Source: Candidatus Latescibacterota bacterium (lineage in GTDB: Bacteria; Latescibacterota; UBA2968; UBA8231). From it: a DNA stretch of 64,000 nucleotides. Of the stretch, positions 23,826 through 33,585 are shown piece by piece. Both the position numbers and the translations under genes were made by a program. Below the pieces are notes generated by a model. The model had not been told where the DNA came from and searched no databases. It saw nothing but the letters and a program-made list of their open reading frames with translations. Position 1 is the first letter of the stretch. Each line of letters opens with the position of its first letter. The DNA lies in the NCBI GenBank assembly GCA_965215195.1, contig CBDCDC010000002.1, forward strand, positions 4,177,693-4,241,692. Direction: 5' to 3'.

Positions 23826-24914
23826 ATGCGCGTTGGCATTATTGGACACACTGGCCGCGGCCACTACGGCCACTACCTCGACATGGCGTTTGTCGGGGTA
23901 GAAGGCGCGGAGATTGTGGCGCTGGCCGATCCCGATGACGAGGGAAGAAAGGCCGCTGTCGCCAAGACCGGAGCACCCCAAGGATACGCCGATTACGTGC
24001 AGATGTTAGAGGAGCAGCAGCCGGATATTGCGGTGGTGGCCTCGCGGGAGATCGGCGATCACTTGGCGTTGGTGCTCAATTGTGTGGCGCGCGGGGCGCA
24101 CGTGTACCTCGAAAAGCCAGTGGCGGCTTCGGTCGCCCAAGTTGACCAGATGATCGCAGCGTGCGATAAGGCTGGAGTAACGGTGGTGGTGGCGCATCCT
24201 TGGCGGGGGCATCCGCCCGTCCAGCGAGTGGCGATTCCGGCGATTAAGGCGGGGAAGATCGGCCAGCCGCGGCTGTGCCGGATCTATGGGATGGGCGGCG
24301 CGCACGGCGGGGATCAACTGTTTTTGGACTTGTATCCGCATTTCTTTGACTTTCTCTATCAGTTGTTTGGTGCGCCGCTGTGGTGCCATGCACATCTGAC
24401 GCAAGATGGGCGCAGCGCGACGCCGGCCGATGTACAGGAAGGCGTTGAAGGGATGGGCTTGGTGGCCGGCGACGGCATCAAGGCGTACTACGAGTTCCCG
24501 GGCGGCGTGGCTGCCGATTTTGAATCCTACCGGGGCGATGGGAAGGAAAACCCCTATCGCATCGACATTCACGGTACGGAAGGGACCTTGTCGCTGCCGG
24601 GGCCGATGGTCAACTTGCCGGACATTTACTACCACCCGCTGGTCAACCCCGGGCTGATCGGCGATCCGCGCTGGGAGGTCATGCCCTCGTCGCCGCCGCC
24701 GGATGAGCACAAGTGGCTCAACGCCCACCGCCGCATGGCGCGGTCCATGATCGACATGCTCGAAGGCCGCGACCCGCAGTGGGAGTTGGTGGAGTTGGAA
24801 AATGCGCGGCTCTATCTGGAAATGGCGATGATGGCGCATGCCTCGCACAAGGCCGGAGCGCGGGTAGGGCTGCCGCTGGCGAGCACGGCGAACCCGTTTG
24901 ACGAGTGGGAGTGA
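23826..24914 (+). CDS. Gfo/Idh/MocA-family oxidoreductase (second copy)
   Basis: MRVGIIGHTGRGHYG Rossmann start and a YLEKP motif. Confidence 0.75.
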   Translation: MRVGIIGHTGRGHYGHYLDMAFVGVEGAEIVALADPDDEGRKAAVAKTGAPQGYADYVQMLEEQQPDIAVVASREIGDHLALVLNCVARGAHVYLEKPVAASVAQVDQMIAACDKAGVTVVVAHPWRGHPPVQRVAIPAIKAGKIGQPRLCRIYGMGGAHGGDQLFLDLYPHFFDFLYQLFGAPLWCHAHLTQDGRSATPADVQEGVEGMGLVAGDGIKAYYEFPGGVAADFESYRGDGKENPYRIDIHGTEGTLSLPGPMVNLPDIYYHPLVNPGLIGDPRWEVMPSSPPPDEHKWLNAHRRMARSMIDMLEGRDPQWELVELENARLYLEMAMMAHASHKAGARVGLPLASTANPFDEWE

Positions 24915-24954
24915 TGGTTGCCGGGACCAACATCGTTCAAAATTCCAAGCGGCG

Positions 24955-26547
24955 ATGATGGCAGTGCGCTGGGTTTTGGTGCTGTTTTGCCTGTGGGGCG
25001 CGGCCGCGGTCGCCCAGCCTCGGTACGTGGATGTGGCCGCGGCGGCTGGCATTGAATTCGAGCACCGCAATGGGGCTAGCGGGCACAAGCAATTGCCCGA
25101 GACTATGGGGTCGGGCGTGGCCCTTTTCGACTATGACGACGACGGCTGGCTCGACCTGTATTGGGTCAATGTCGCGGGCCCGGCCGCGCTCTACCGCAAC
25201 GAAGGGAATGGCCGTTTTGCCGAGCAGACGCAAGCGGCCGGTGTGGGGAATTCCGGGTGCGGCATGGGCGCGGTGGCCGCAGACTACGACAATGACGGCG
25301 ATGCAGACCTGTACATCACCTGCTACGGCGCGAACATCCTCTACCGCAATCGCGGCGACGGCCGCTTTGCCGATGCCACGGCCACAGCCGGCGTGGGCGA
25401 CGAGGGCTTCGGCACGGGCGCGGCCTTTGGCGACTGGGATCTCGATGGCGACTTGGATTTGTATGTGGCCAACTATCTAAACTTCCGCGCCGACCCAGAC
25501 CGCGCCTGTTTTCGCCAAGATAGCGTCCGGGTCTATTGCGCGCCGTGGACCTATGCGCCCGAAGCGGACGCTTTCTACCGCAACGACGGCGGTCGCTTCG
25601 CCGAGGTCGGTGCGGAAGTGGGGTTTGCCGCGGGTCGAGCGCGGGAGCTGGGCGCGGTCTTTGTCGATTGGGATCTCGACGGCGACTTGGACCTATTTGC
25701 CGCGGGCGATGGTACGCCCAATTTGCTCTACCAAAACGAGGGCGGCCACTTCGCGGAAGTGGGTTTGCTCGCCGGGGTTTCCCACAATCGGCAGGGCCAA
25801 TCCGAAGCCGGCATGGGCGTGGCCGCGGGCGACTACGACAACGACGGAGCCTTTGATTTTTTCGCGACTAATTTCTACTTGGAGAGCAATACCTTGTACC
25901 GCAACGAGGGCGCGGGGTTTTTCCGCGACCAGACGACGGACGCCAAATTAGGCAAGCCCTCGCTGGCGCACCTGTCTTGGGGCACGGCTTTCTTCGACTG
26001 GGATCTCGACGGCGACGAGGATCTCTTCGTGGCCAATGGCCACATCGACGACAACGTAGAACGCTTCGCCGAGACCACGTACGCGCAGCCCAATCAGTTG
26101 TTCCGAAACGACGGCCCGGCTGGGTTTGCCGATGTCAGTGCCGCGGCCGGGCTGGGCGCTGTGCAGTCGAGCCGAGGGGCGGCCTTGGGCGATTGCGACA
26201 ACGACGGCGATCTCGATATTGCGGTGGCCCATATCAATGCGCGCCCTTCGCTCCTGCGCAACGACATGGGGGGCGAGCGCAACTACTTGGCCGTCCGCAC
26301 GGTAGGCGTGGAGAGCAACCGCGACGGCGTCGGCGCGCGCATTCGCGTGCGCACCGGACCTCGGGTGCAAGTGCGGGAGGTGCGCCGCGGCGGCAGCTAT
26401 CTGTCGAGCCACGACCCGCGCGTCTTTTTTGGCCTCGGGGCCAGCGCGCAGGCCGACGCAGTGGAGATTCGCTGGCCCAGCGGCAAGGTGCAGCGGCTCG
26501 GCCGGGTGCTGGGCGGACAGGTGTTGACCGCAAAGGAGCCGCAGTAG
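24955..26547 (+). CDS. CRTAC1-family protein (FG-GAP/VCBS repeats plus ASPIC/UnbV C-terminal domain)
   Basis: Repeated DxDxDGDxDLY motifs (DYDNDGDADLY, DWDLDGDLDLY and others). C-terminus NRDGVGARIRV...GGSYLSSHDPRVFFGLG. Signal peptide from MMAVRWVLVLF. Confidence 0.85.
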   Translation: MMAVRWVLVLFCLWGAAAVAQPRYVDVAAAAGIEFEHRNGASGHKQLPETMGSGVALFDYDDDGWLDLYWVNVAGPAALYRNEGNGRFAEQTQAAGVGNSGCGMGAVAADYDNDGDADLYITCYGANILYRNRGDGRFADATATAGVGDEGFGTGAAFGDWDLDGDLDLYVANYLNFRADPDRACFRQDSVRVYCAPWTYAPEADAFYRNDGGRFAEVGAEVGFAAGRARELGAVFVDWDLDGDLDLFAAGDGTPNLLYQNEGGHFAEVGLLAGVSHNRQGQSEAGMGVAAGDYDNDGAFDFFATNFYLESNTLYRNEGAGFFRDQTTDAKLGKPSLAHLSWGTAFFDWDLDGDEDLFVANGHIDDNVERFAETTYAQPNQLFRNDGPAGFADVSAAAGLGAVQSSRGAALGDCDNDGDLDIAVAHINARPSLLRNDMGGERNYLAVRTVGVESNRDGVGARIRVRTGPRVQVREVRRGGSYLSSHDPRVFFGLGASAQADAVEIRWPSGKVQRLGRVLGGQVLTAKEPQ

Positions 26548-26752
26548 CCGATCCCGTGTAAGAGTACCCCCTTACTACACGACACCAGCCCTCAGCGAGG
26601 GCGGGACGCCCTCGATCCCGGACCCAGCGGAAACCGCAGAAAAGGCGTACTCAAAGTAAGGGGCGCCTACTTTAGGGGTCGGGTACTAAGGAGTACCCCT
26701 ACCGACGCCCTATAATATGTAAGGGCACCTCTTGTAGGGAAAATTGTCCTTT

Positions 26753-27934
26753 ATGAGATGGCTTCTAGTGATTCTGCTCATCGGCTGCAAGGAGCAGGAG
26801 TCGCCCTCGGCTGTAGGGCGCGCGCATTTTGAGCAGGGCCTTGCACACGCCCAACGCGGGCGTTTCCACGAAGCCATTGCCGCGTATAGGCAGGCGGCCG
26901 CGCAGATGCCGGACGCGCCCCAAGTCCACTACAATCTGGCCAATGCCTATTTTTCGACCGATGCCCTCGGCCAAGCCGAGGCCGCGTACCAAAAGGCCAT
27001 CGCACTCAAGCCCGACTACGCGGACGCGCACTACCAACTCGGCGGCGTGTACATTCGGCAAAAAAAGTACGACGCGGCCTACGCGCCGCTCGGCAAGGCA
27101 TTGGAAAGCGACCCCGGGCACGTTGCCGCGTACAATGCCTTGGGCCTGCTGCACATCCGGCAGGGCGCATACCAAGAGGCCGCCGCCCTGTACGAGCGCG
27201 CCTTGCAGGTGGATTCGACGCGCTCTGAACTCTGGTATCATCTCGGCCAAGTCGAAGTCAGGCGCGGCGAGCGCGAAGCAGCGAAAACGGCCTTTGCCCG
27301 TGCAATTCGCACGGACACGACCCAAGCGGGCGCGTACGCGGGCTTGGGTGCCCTGTATGTGGAGGAGCAACGCTACGAGGAGGCCGAGGGTTTTTTGCTG
27401 CGGGCCGTTGCGCTGCGCCCGTTTTGGGCGCGCCCCCACTACGACTTGGGGCAGGTCTATATGCGCTTGGGCGAGCGGCAAAAGGGCCGCGAGGTATTGG
27501 AGCGATTTGCGCGCCTCGAAGAAGAGGAAAAAATGATCAAGAGCTTGGAGTTTACGCTCTTGAGCGAGGCCGAGGACGCACGCCGCCACTACGACTTGGG
27601 GGTGCTCTACGGCCAGCGTCGCCAATTCGCCAAGGCCGCGGCGCGCTACGGCCGCGCACTCGCACTCGACTCAACTTTTGCGGCGGCCTATGTGAACTTG
27701 GGCAACATCTACTTGCGCGAGGAGCACTTTGAAGCGGCCCAGCAGCTTTTTGCCCAAGCGCTCGCCGCGGATTCGACCCACGCCAACGCGCACAATAGCC
27801 TCGGCAACCTGCACCTGATGCGCCGGGACTTTGCGGCCGCCGCAGCCGCGTTTGCCAGCGCAGTGCGCTTGGCCCCGGATGCCCCGGGCTTCCGCGAAAA
27901 TTTGGACATCGCCCGGGGGTTGGCAGGGAAATAA
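26753..27934 (+). CDS. TPR-repeat lipoprotein
   Basis: MRWLLVILLIGC lipobox. Multiple 34-aa TPR units (AxxxYxxAlxxxPxxaxahynLGxvY). Confidence 0.8.
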   Translation: MRWLLVILLIGCKEQESPSAVGRAHFEQGLAHAQRGRFHEAIAAYRQAAAQMPDAPQVHYNLANAYFSTDALGQAEAAYQKAIALKPDYADAHYQLGGVYIRQKKYDAAYAPLGKALESDPGHVAAYNALGLLHIRQGAYQEAAALYERALQVDSTRSELWYHLGQVEVRRGEREAAKTAFARAIRTDTTQAGAYAGLGALYVEEQRYEEAEGFLLRAVALRPFWARPHYDLGQVYMRLGERQKGREVLERFARLEEEEKMIKSLEFTLLSEAEDARRHYDLGVLYGQRRQFAKAAARYGRALALDSTFAAAYVNLGNIYLREEHFEAAQQLFAQALAADSTHANAHNSLGNLHLMRRDFAAAAAAFASAVRLAPDAPGFRENLDIARGLAGK

Positions 27935-28104
27935 GGGGCTTCTTACTATAAATGACTAACGTTGCAGTTTTGAGGGTTGCGCACCCCGATGCGGCGGGTC
28001 GCCCCGTCGCCCGCGCCCCCGTTTTCACGGCCGCAAGCCGGCGGCTGCGCAGGACGAACAACCTTAAAGCGCGTACCACCAGTTAGTTAGTCAAAGGAGA
28101 GAAT

Positions 28105-29943
28105 ATGCCGAAAGTTAGAATGTTCACAGTGGCCGCTTGGTTGGGCATCTGCGTCGCCGGCCATGCCGCTGCGGAGGAAGGGGCGTGGGAGGTGGTGGAG
28201 AAAATTCTCATGAGTACCAAGGATATCGTCGTACTCGACGGCACCGAAAAGGTGCCGCTGCGCTACGAGGGGGGAGCAGAGCCGACCCACGGCGACTGGA
28301 TGGTGCGCCACATGCTGTCCGATCCCGAAAAACTCAATCCGTACACCTCCAGCGATGCCGGTGCCAGCCGGGTGCTAGAGCTTATCTTTGAGAGCCTACT
28401 CGACACCGAGCATGAGCCGCCGTACAACCTGCGGGGTTGGGTGGCTGTCGGATATCCAGAGGTTGCGGCGGACAAACTCGCGTACACGTTTGAGTTGCGC
28501 GACGGGGTTTACTTCTCAGACGGCAAGCCGCTGACGGCCGCGGATGTCGTCTTCAGCATGAAGGTCATCCACAACCCCCAAGTGCTAGCGCCGCATCTGC
28601 GCAACTACTATGCTACCGTCCGAGACGTGCAGATCGTGGAGGCCAATAAGGTCCGCTTCCTTTGCCGCGAGCCTTATTTCCGCAATGACCTGATCTTGGG
28701 CGGCTTCTCCATTCTGCCCAAGCATTTCTACGACCCGGAGGGGCTGATGGAGCCGGTCGAGCTCAAGAGCTTGGTGGATGGCTCTTGGGAGGAGGGGCCT
28801 CACAAGGAACGGGTTGAGCGCTTTGCCGAACAGTTCAACCAAAATTTCAATCGCACGGCGCTTGGCTCGGGGCCGTACCGGATCGCAGATCCAGAGCGCG
28901 ATTTGGTCACCCAGCAGAAAGTCGTGCTGACGCGGAATGCAAACTACTGGGGTCGGGACGTGGAAGGGCTGCTGCCGCCCGGCTTTGTCGATAAGATCGT
29001 CTTTAACATCATCAACAATACCGACGCGGCATTCATCGAGTTGACCAACGGCAACCTCGATTACTACGCTCTGCGCCCGTTGCAATTTAAGGAAAAGAGC
29101 TGGTCGGAAGACTTCAATCGCCGCTTCCTCAAAGGCGTCAGCTACTCCAGCGGCTATATGTACATAGGGTGGAACAACAACCATCCGATCTTCGGCGACA
29201 AGCGGGTGCGCCAAGCCATGACCTATTTGACCGACCGCGAGGGCATGGTAGAGAACTTCATGTTCGGCTTGGCCGAGACGGTAGAGGGGCCGATTAACAA
29301 GTTTCGCCCGGAGTACAACCACGACCTCGCGCCGTACCCCTACGATCCCGACCGCGCCCTCGACCTGCTCGCGGAGGCTGGCTGGGAGGACGCCGATGAG
29401 GACGGCATTCTCGACAAGACCATCGACGGAGAGTTGGTGCCATTTCGCTTTGAGATCTTGGTCAACTCGGGCAACCAGATCCGCAAAGACATCGCCCTGA
29501 CGGTCCAATACGAGCTGCAAGATATCGGCATTGACTGCCAAGTGCGCGAGCTAGACTGGTCGATTTTCCTGCAAAAGGTCAAGAGCAAAGCTTTCGACGC
29601 CATGGTGTTGGGCTGGACCGGCAGCCTGCGCGTCGCACCCGACAGCTACCAGATCTGGCATTCTTCCCAGACCGTAGAGAACGGCTCCAACCACGTGAGC
29701 TTTATCAACGACGAAGTTGACAACATCTTGGAGACCTATCGCCGCGAGTTCGACATGGACAAGCGCATTGAGCTCTACCGCCGCTTTCAGGAGATCCTGT
29801 ACGCGGAACAGCCGTACACCTTCATGTGGAAATCGCGCTCGCCCCAAGCCTATAGCCGGCGCTTCAGTGGCGTCACTTGGTATCCCCCCGGCGTCCGCTT
29901 GCAGGACTGGTGGGTTGCGCGGGAAGAGCAGATGTACCAATAG
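28105..29943 (+). CDS. ABC transporter substrate-binding protein, family 5 (peptide/nickel, OppA/DppA-like)
   Basis: Signal peptide, 612 aa. Typical family-5 segments: YTFELRDGVYFSDGKPLTAADVVFS and GSGPYRI. SD AAAGGAG. Confidence 0.85.
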   Translation: MPKVRMFTVAAWLGICVAGHAAAEEGAWEVVEKILMSTKDIVVLDGTEKVPLRYEGGAEPTHGDWMVRHMLSDPEKLNPYTSSDAGASRVLELIFESLLDTEHEPPYNLRGWVAVGYPEVAADKLAYTFELRDGVYFSDGKPLTAADVVFSMKVIHNPQVLAPHLRNYYATVRDVQIVEANKVRFLCREPYFRNDLILGGFSILPKHFYDPEGLMEPVELKSLVDGSWEEGPHKERVERFAEQFNQNFNRTALGSGPYRIADPERDLVTQQKVVLTRNANYWGRDVEGLLPPGFVDKIVFNIINNTDAAFIELTNGNLDYYALRPLQFKEKSWSEDFNRRFLKGVSYSSGYMYIGWNNNHPIFGDKRVRQAMTYLTDREGMVENFMFGLAETVEGPINKFRPEYNHDLAPYPYDPDRALDLLAEAGWEDADEDGILDKTIDGELVPFRFEILVNSGNQIRKDIALTVQYELQDIGIDCQVRELDWSIFLQKVKSKAFDAMVLGWTGSLRVAPDSYQIWHSSQTVENGSNHVSFINDEVDNILETYRREFDMDKRIELYRRFQEILYAEQPYTFMWKSRSPQAYSRRFSGVTWYPPGVRLQDWWVAREEQMYQ

Positions 29944-29952
29944 GGCGCGTCC

Positions 29953-30369
29953 GTGTCCTCCGCAGACGCCCTCCGCTGGGAGAGCCACCCCCTGCGCCGG
30001 GAGAAGCCGGCCAAGTCCATGCTACTGGTCGCGCTCATCGTCGCTTCCGCAGCGGCTGCGGCCTTTGGCTTTGAGCATTGGTTTTACGGGGTGTTTTCAC
30101 TCGGAGCATTGACCGTCTCGCTGTCGCGCTATTTCTTCCCTACGCGCTACGCGCTCAACGGCGAGGGGGTCCGCAGCGAACACCTCGGCCTTAAACAGCG
30201 CCGTTCTTGGGCGGAATTCCGTCGAGTAGAAGAGCATCGGGACGGCATTTTTTTACGTCCGTCCGTCCGCCCAAGTCGGCTGGATTCCTTTCGCGGCGTT
30301 TTTTTGCGCTGCGATCAAAACCGCACAGAGGTTGCGCGTTTCGTCCGGTGCCATGTTCCGAGTCAATAG
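29953..30369 (+). CDS. Small 2-TM protein with a C-terminal PH-like (bPH-type) domain
   Basis: Hydrophobic MLLVALIVASAAAAAFGF and FYGVFSLGALTVSL, then YALNGEGVRSEHLGLKQRRSWAEFRRVEEHRDGIFLRP. GTG start 9 nt after the binding-protein stop. Confidence 0.55.
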   Translation: MSSADALRWESHPLRREKPAKSMLLVALIVASAAAAAFGFEHWFYGVFSLGALTVSLSRYFFPTRYALNGEGVRSEHLGLKQRRSWAEFRRVEEHRDGIFLRPSVRPSRLDSFRGVFLRCDQNRTEVARFVRCHVPSQ

Positions 30370-30688
30370 CTTAAAAGCGCGGTGGCGGCACGCTTTTGCC
30401 CTTGAAGATCCAGCGGCGGGTTGGTCTGAAGACGAGCGTGCGCTGGCCGAGCGGCTGGCCGAGTTTATAGTGCGCCGCCGCATGGGAGCGGCCGCGTCCA
30501 TGGCGTTGGAGGCTTGCCGCCCTCTCAACTTTTTGGGCAGCCAAGCCCTGACCTTTTTGGCCCCGTTTGCCACGCTGGTTTTTTCGCGCGACGAGTACCA
30601 GCGCTTTACGCGCATGTTGGAGCGACGCCAGTGCATAGATTTGCTCGCCGAGGCCATTGCCCGGCGCGAAAGCCAAAAGCATGGATGA
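30353..30688 (+). CDS. Small hypothetical protein (111 aa)
   Basis: The ORF overlaps both neighbours (17 nt and 8 nt), consistent with translational coupling. No recognisable family. Confidence 0.45.
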   Translation: MFRVNSLKARWRHAFALEDPAAGWSEDERALAERLAEFIVRRRMGAAASMALEACRPLNFLGSQALTFLAPFATLVFSRDEYQRFTRMLERRQCIDLLAEAIARRESQKHG

Positions 30689-32462
30689 CCTCAACGTAGT
30701 TATCGCCACGGACTGCGGCAGTACGACGACCAAGGCGATCCTGATCGAAAAGAAGGACGAAGGGTATCGCCAGACCTTTCGCGGCGAGGCCCCCACTACG
30801 GTGGAGGCCCCCTTTGAGGACGTCACCCGGGGGGTGCTCAACGCCATTCAAGAGGTTGAGGAGCTTTCCGGGCGGCAAATTCTCGCTGGCGAGCAGATCA
30901 TCACTCCGGCAGACGGCGCTGTCGGGGTCGATATGTACATCTCCACGAGCAGTGCCGGCGGCGGGTTGCAGATGGTAGTGGCCGGCGTGGTCTTGGCGAT
31001 GACTGGCGAGAGCGCACAGCGCTGCGCCTTGGGGGCCGGGGCAATTGTCATGGACGCGCTCGCTGCCAACGATGGGCGCTTGCCGCACGAGAAAATAGAG
31101 CGCATCCGCCAACTGCGCCCCGATATGGTGTTGCTGTCGGGCGGCACCGATGGCGGCACCGTCAGCCACGTGGTCGAGCTGGCCGAATTCATCAGCGCGG
31201 CCGATCCCAAGCCCCGCTTTGGCGCGGGCTTCAAGTTGCCGGTTATTTTTGCGGGCAATCAGAGCGCGTGCGAGGCGGTCAAAAAGGCGTTGGGAGGGAA
31301 GATGGCCCTGACCGTCGCCGAGAATATCCGCCCAGTGCTCGAAGAGGAAAACTTGGACCCGGCGCGGCGCGTCATTCACGACCTCTTCCTCGAACACGTC
31401 ATGGCGCAGGCACCTGGCTACCGCAAGCTGATGGGCTGGACCGGTGCGCCGATTATGCCGACGCCCGGGGCAGTGGGCGAGATCATGCAGACTATTGCCC
31501 GCCAGCAGGAGCTCAATGTCGTTGGCGTGGATATCGGCGGGGCGACGACCGATGTATTCAGCGTCTTCGATGGCGCGTTCAACCGCACGGTCAGTGCCAA
31601 TTTAGGCATGTCCTATAGCGTCTCCAACGTGCTGGCCGAGGCCGGGCTCGACCGCATCATGCGCTGGGTTCCTTTTGACATTGAGGAAGCCGACCTCCGC
31701 GACCGGATCAAAAACAAGATGATCCGCCCGACGACCATCCCGCAGCTCATGCAGGAACTGCAAGTTGAGCAAGCCATTGCCCGCGAGGCCCTGCGCCTGG
31801 CCTTTGAGCAACACCGGGCGTTGGCAGTGGGATTGAAGGGGGTGCAGAGCAAGCGCACGCTGGCCGATGTGTTTGAGCAGGGTGCCACCGGCGAGAGTTT
31901 AGTCGAGATGATGGCGCTGGACATGCTGGTCGGCAGCGGCGGCGTACTCTCGCACGCGCCCCGCCGCGAGCAGAGTTGCGCCATGCTCATAGATGCCTTC
32001 CAGCCCGAAGGCGTCACTCGCTTGGCGGTCGATAGCATCTTTATGATGCCCCACTTGGGGGTGCTCTCGACCGTTGACGAGCGGGCCGCGACCGAGGTTT
32101 TTGAGCGCGATTGCCTGATCTACTTGGGCACTTGTGTAGCTCCCGTCGGCGAGGGTAAGGACGGCGAGGTTTGCCTCCAGTACGAGATAGAACTGCCCAG
32201 CGGGCGTCAAACTGGCCAAGTACAGGTCGGCCAGCTACAGTGGATGCCCTTGGCCGATGGCGAGGAGGTCGAAGTCTCACTCCAGCCGGCGCGGCGTTGG
32301 GATGTGGGTGCTGGTCCGGGGCAAGCCCTAAACGCGCGGGTGCGCGGCGGGGTTGTAGGGCTAGTGCTGGACGGTCGCGGGCGGCCCATCCAGATGGCGA
32401 CAGACCGCGATCGCCAGCGGCAGATAAGCGACTGGCAGCGGGCGTTAAACCTATACGAGTAG
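30681..32462 (+). CDS. GlmL/MutL-like ASKHA-superfamily ATPase (593 aa), with no mutase partner present
   Basis: Phosphate-binding motifs ATDCGSTTTKAIL, LLSGGTDGG, GVDIGGATTDVFSV and LVGSGGVL, in the order seen in glutamate mutase L-type proteins. Confidence 0.7.
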   Translation: MDDLNVVIATDCGSTTTKAILIEKKDEGYRQTFRGEAPTTVEAPFEDVTRGVLNAIQEVEELSGRQILAGEQIITPADGAVGVDMYISTSSAGGGLQMVVAGVVLAMTGESAQRCALGAGAIVMDALAANDGRLPHEKIERIRQLRPDMVLLSGGTDGGTVSHVVELAEFISAADPKPRFGAGFKLPVIFAGNQSACEAVKKALGGKMALTVAENIRPVLEEENLDPARRVIHDLFLEHVMAQAPGYRKLMGWTGAPIMPTPGAVGEIMQTIARQQELNVVGVDIGGATTDVFSVFDGAFNRTVSANLGMSYSVSNVLAEAGLDRIMRWVPFDIEEADLRDRIKNKMIRPTTIPQLMQELQVEQAIAREALRLAFEQHRALAVGLKGVQSKRTLADVFEQGATGESLVEMMALDMLVGSGGVLSHAPRREQSCAMLIDAFQPEGVTRLAVDSIFMMPHLGVLSTVDERAATEVFERDCLIYLGTCVAPVGEGKDGEVCLQYEIELPSGRQTGQVQVGQLQWMPLADGEEVEVSLQPARRWDVGAGPGQALNARVRGGVVGLVLDGRGRPIQMATDRDRQRQISDWQRALNLYE

Positions 32463-32465
32463 CTC

Positions 32466-33581
32466 ATGGCCCACGCCTATACCCCTGGACTGCGCGTGAC
32501 GCAACACGCAGTCGTCCACAAAGAGCGGCGTTTGCCCCTCAAAGGCGAAGTTGTCGTCGAGCGCGGCCAAGCGGTGCGGCGAAACCAAGTCGTGGCCCGC
32601 ACCGAACTGCCGGGCGAGGTGGCAATCCTCAACTTGGTAAACCGCTTGGGCATCTCGCCGCAAGAGTTATCCGGCTATATGCTCAAAAAAGAGGGCGACC
32701 GCGTCGAAGCCGGCGAGCCGCTCGCCGAGACCAAGCCCTTTATTCGGTGGTTCAAGACCACGGTCGAAGCCCCGGTCAGCGGCACGGTCGAGAGCATTTC
32801 GCCGGTTACCGGGCAGGTGATGCTGCGCCAAGCCCCTAAGCCGGTCGAAGTGCTCGCTTACGTCGATGGGGTCGTCGAGGAAGTTTTTGCCGCGGAGGGC
32901 GTGCGCGTCGCAGCGCAAGGTGCGTATATCCAGGGCATTTTCGGCGTGGGGGGCGAGTGCTGGGGTGCGCTGCACTTGGCGGTTGCAGCCCCGGACGCCA
33001 TTGCCGGGCCGCTGGGCCCGGAAGTGGCGGGCAAAATCGCGGTGGTCGGTAGCCTGATTAGCGCGGAGACCGTGGAACAGGCCCGGCAGGCCGGGGCCGT
33101 GGGGTTGATCGGCGGCGGCCTGCGCGACCGCGACTTGCGCGACCTGCTCGGCCGCGATTTGGGCGTGGCCATCACCGGGACCGAGCAAATCGGCCTGACC
33201 GTGGTAGCTACCGAGGGCTTCGGCCGCGTCGCCATGGCCCGCAAGACCTTCGACATTCTGCGCGCCTGCGCCGGCATGGATGCGTCCATGGCCGGCGCGA
33301 CCCAGATCCGCGCTGGCGTATTGCGGCCGGAGATCATCGTTCCCACAGCCGCTGACAAAGAGGAAGAAGAGGTGCGGCCGAGTGCGGGCGGGTTGCAGGT
33401 GGGCGATTTGTTGCGGGTGATTCGGATGCCCTATTTTGGGCGCATTGGGCGCGTCAGCGACTTGCCGACCGAATTGTGCGCGGTGGAATCTGGGGCGCGG
33501 GTGCGGGTCTTGGCCGTGGAGTTTGAAGACGGGGAGCAGGCGGTAGTGCCGCGGGCAAATGTGGAGCTGATTGAGGAATAA
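32466..33581 (+). CDS. Soluble protein with barrel-sandwich (biotinyl/lipoyl-like) motifs and a KOW/SH3-like C-terminus, unknown function
   Basis: LPLKGEVVVERGQAV; KKEGDRVEAGEPLAE...VEAPVSGTVESI; glycine-rich GKIAVVGSL..AGAVGLIGGG; C-terminal VGDLLRVIRMPYFGRIGRV. Starts 3 nt after the ATPase stop. Confidence 0.6.
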   Translation: MAHAYTPGLRVTQHAVVHKERRLPLKGEVVVERGQAVRRNQVVARTELPGEVAILNLVNRLGISPQELSGYMLKKEGDRVEAGEPLAETKPFIRWFKTTVEAPVSGTVESISPVTGQVMLRQAPKPVEVLAYVDGVVEEVFAAEGVRVAAQGAYIQGIFGVGGECWGALHLAVAAPDAIAGPLGPEVAGKIAVVGSLISAETVEQARQAGAVGLIGGGLRDRDLRDLLGRDLGVAITGTEQIGLTVVATEGFGRVAMARKTFDILRACAGMDASMAGATQIRAGVLRPEIIVPTAADKEEEEVRPSAGGLQVGDLLRVIRMPYFGRIGRVSDLPTELCAVESGARVRVLAVEFEDGEQAVVPRANVELIEE

Positions 33582-33585
33582 AGGT

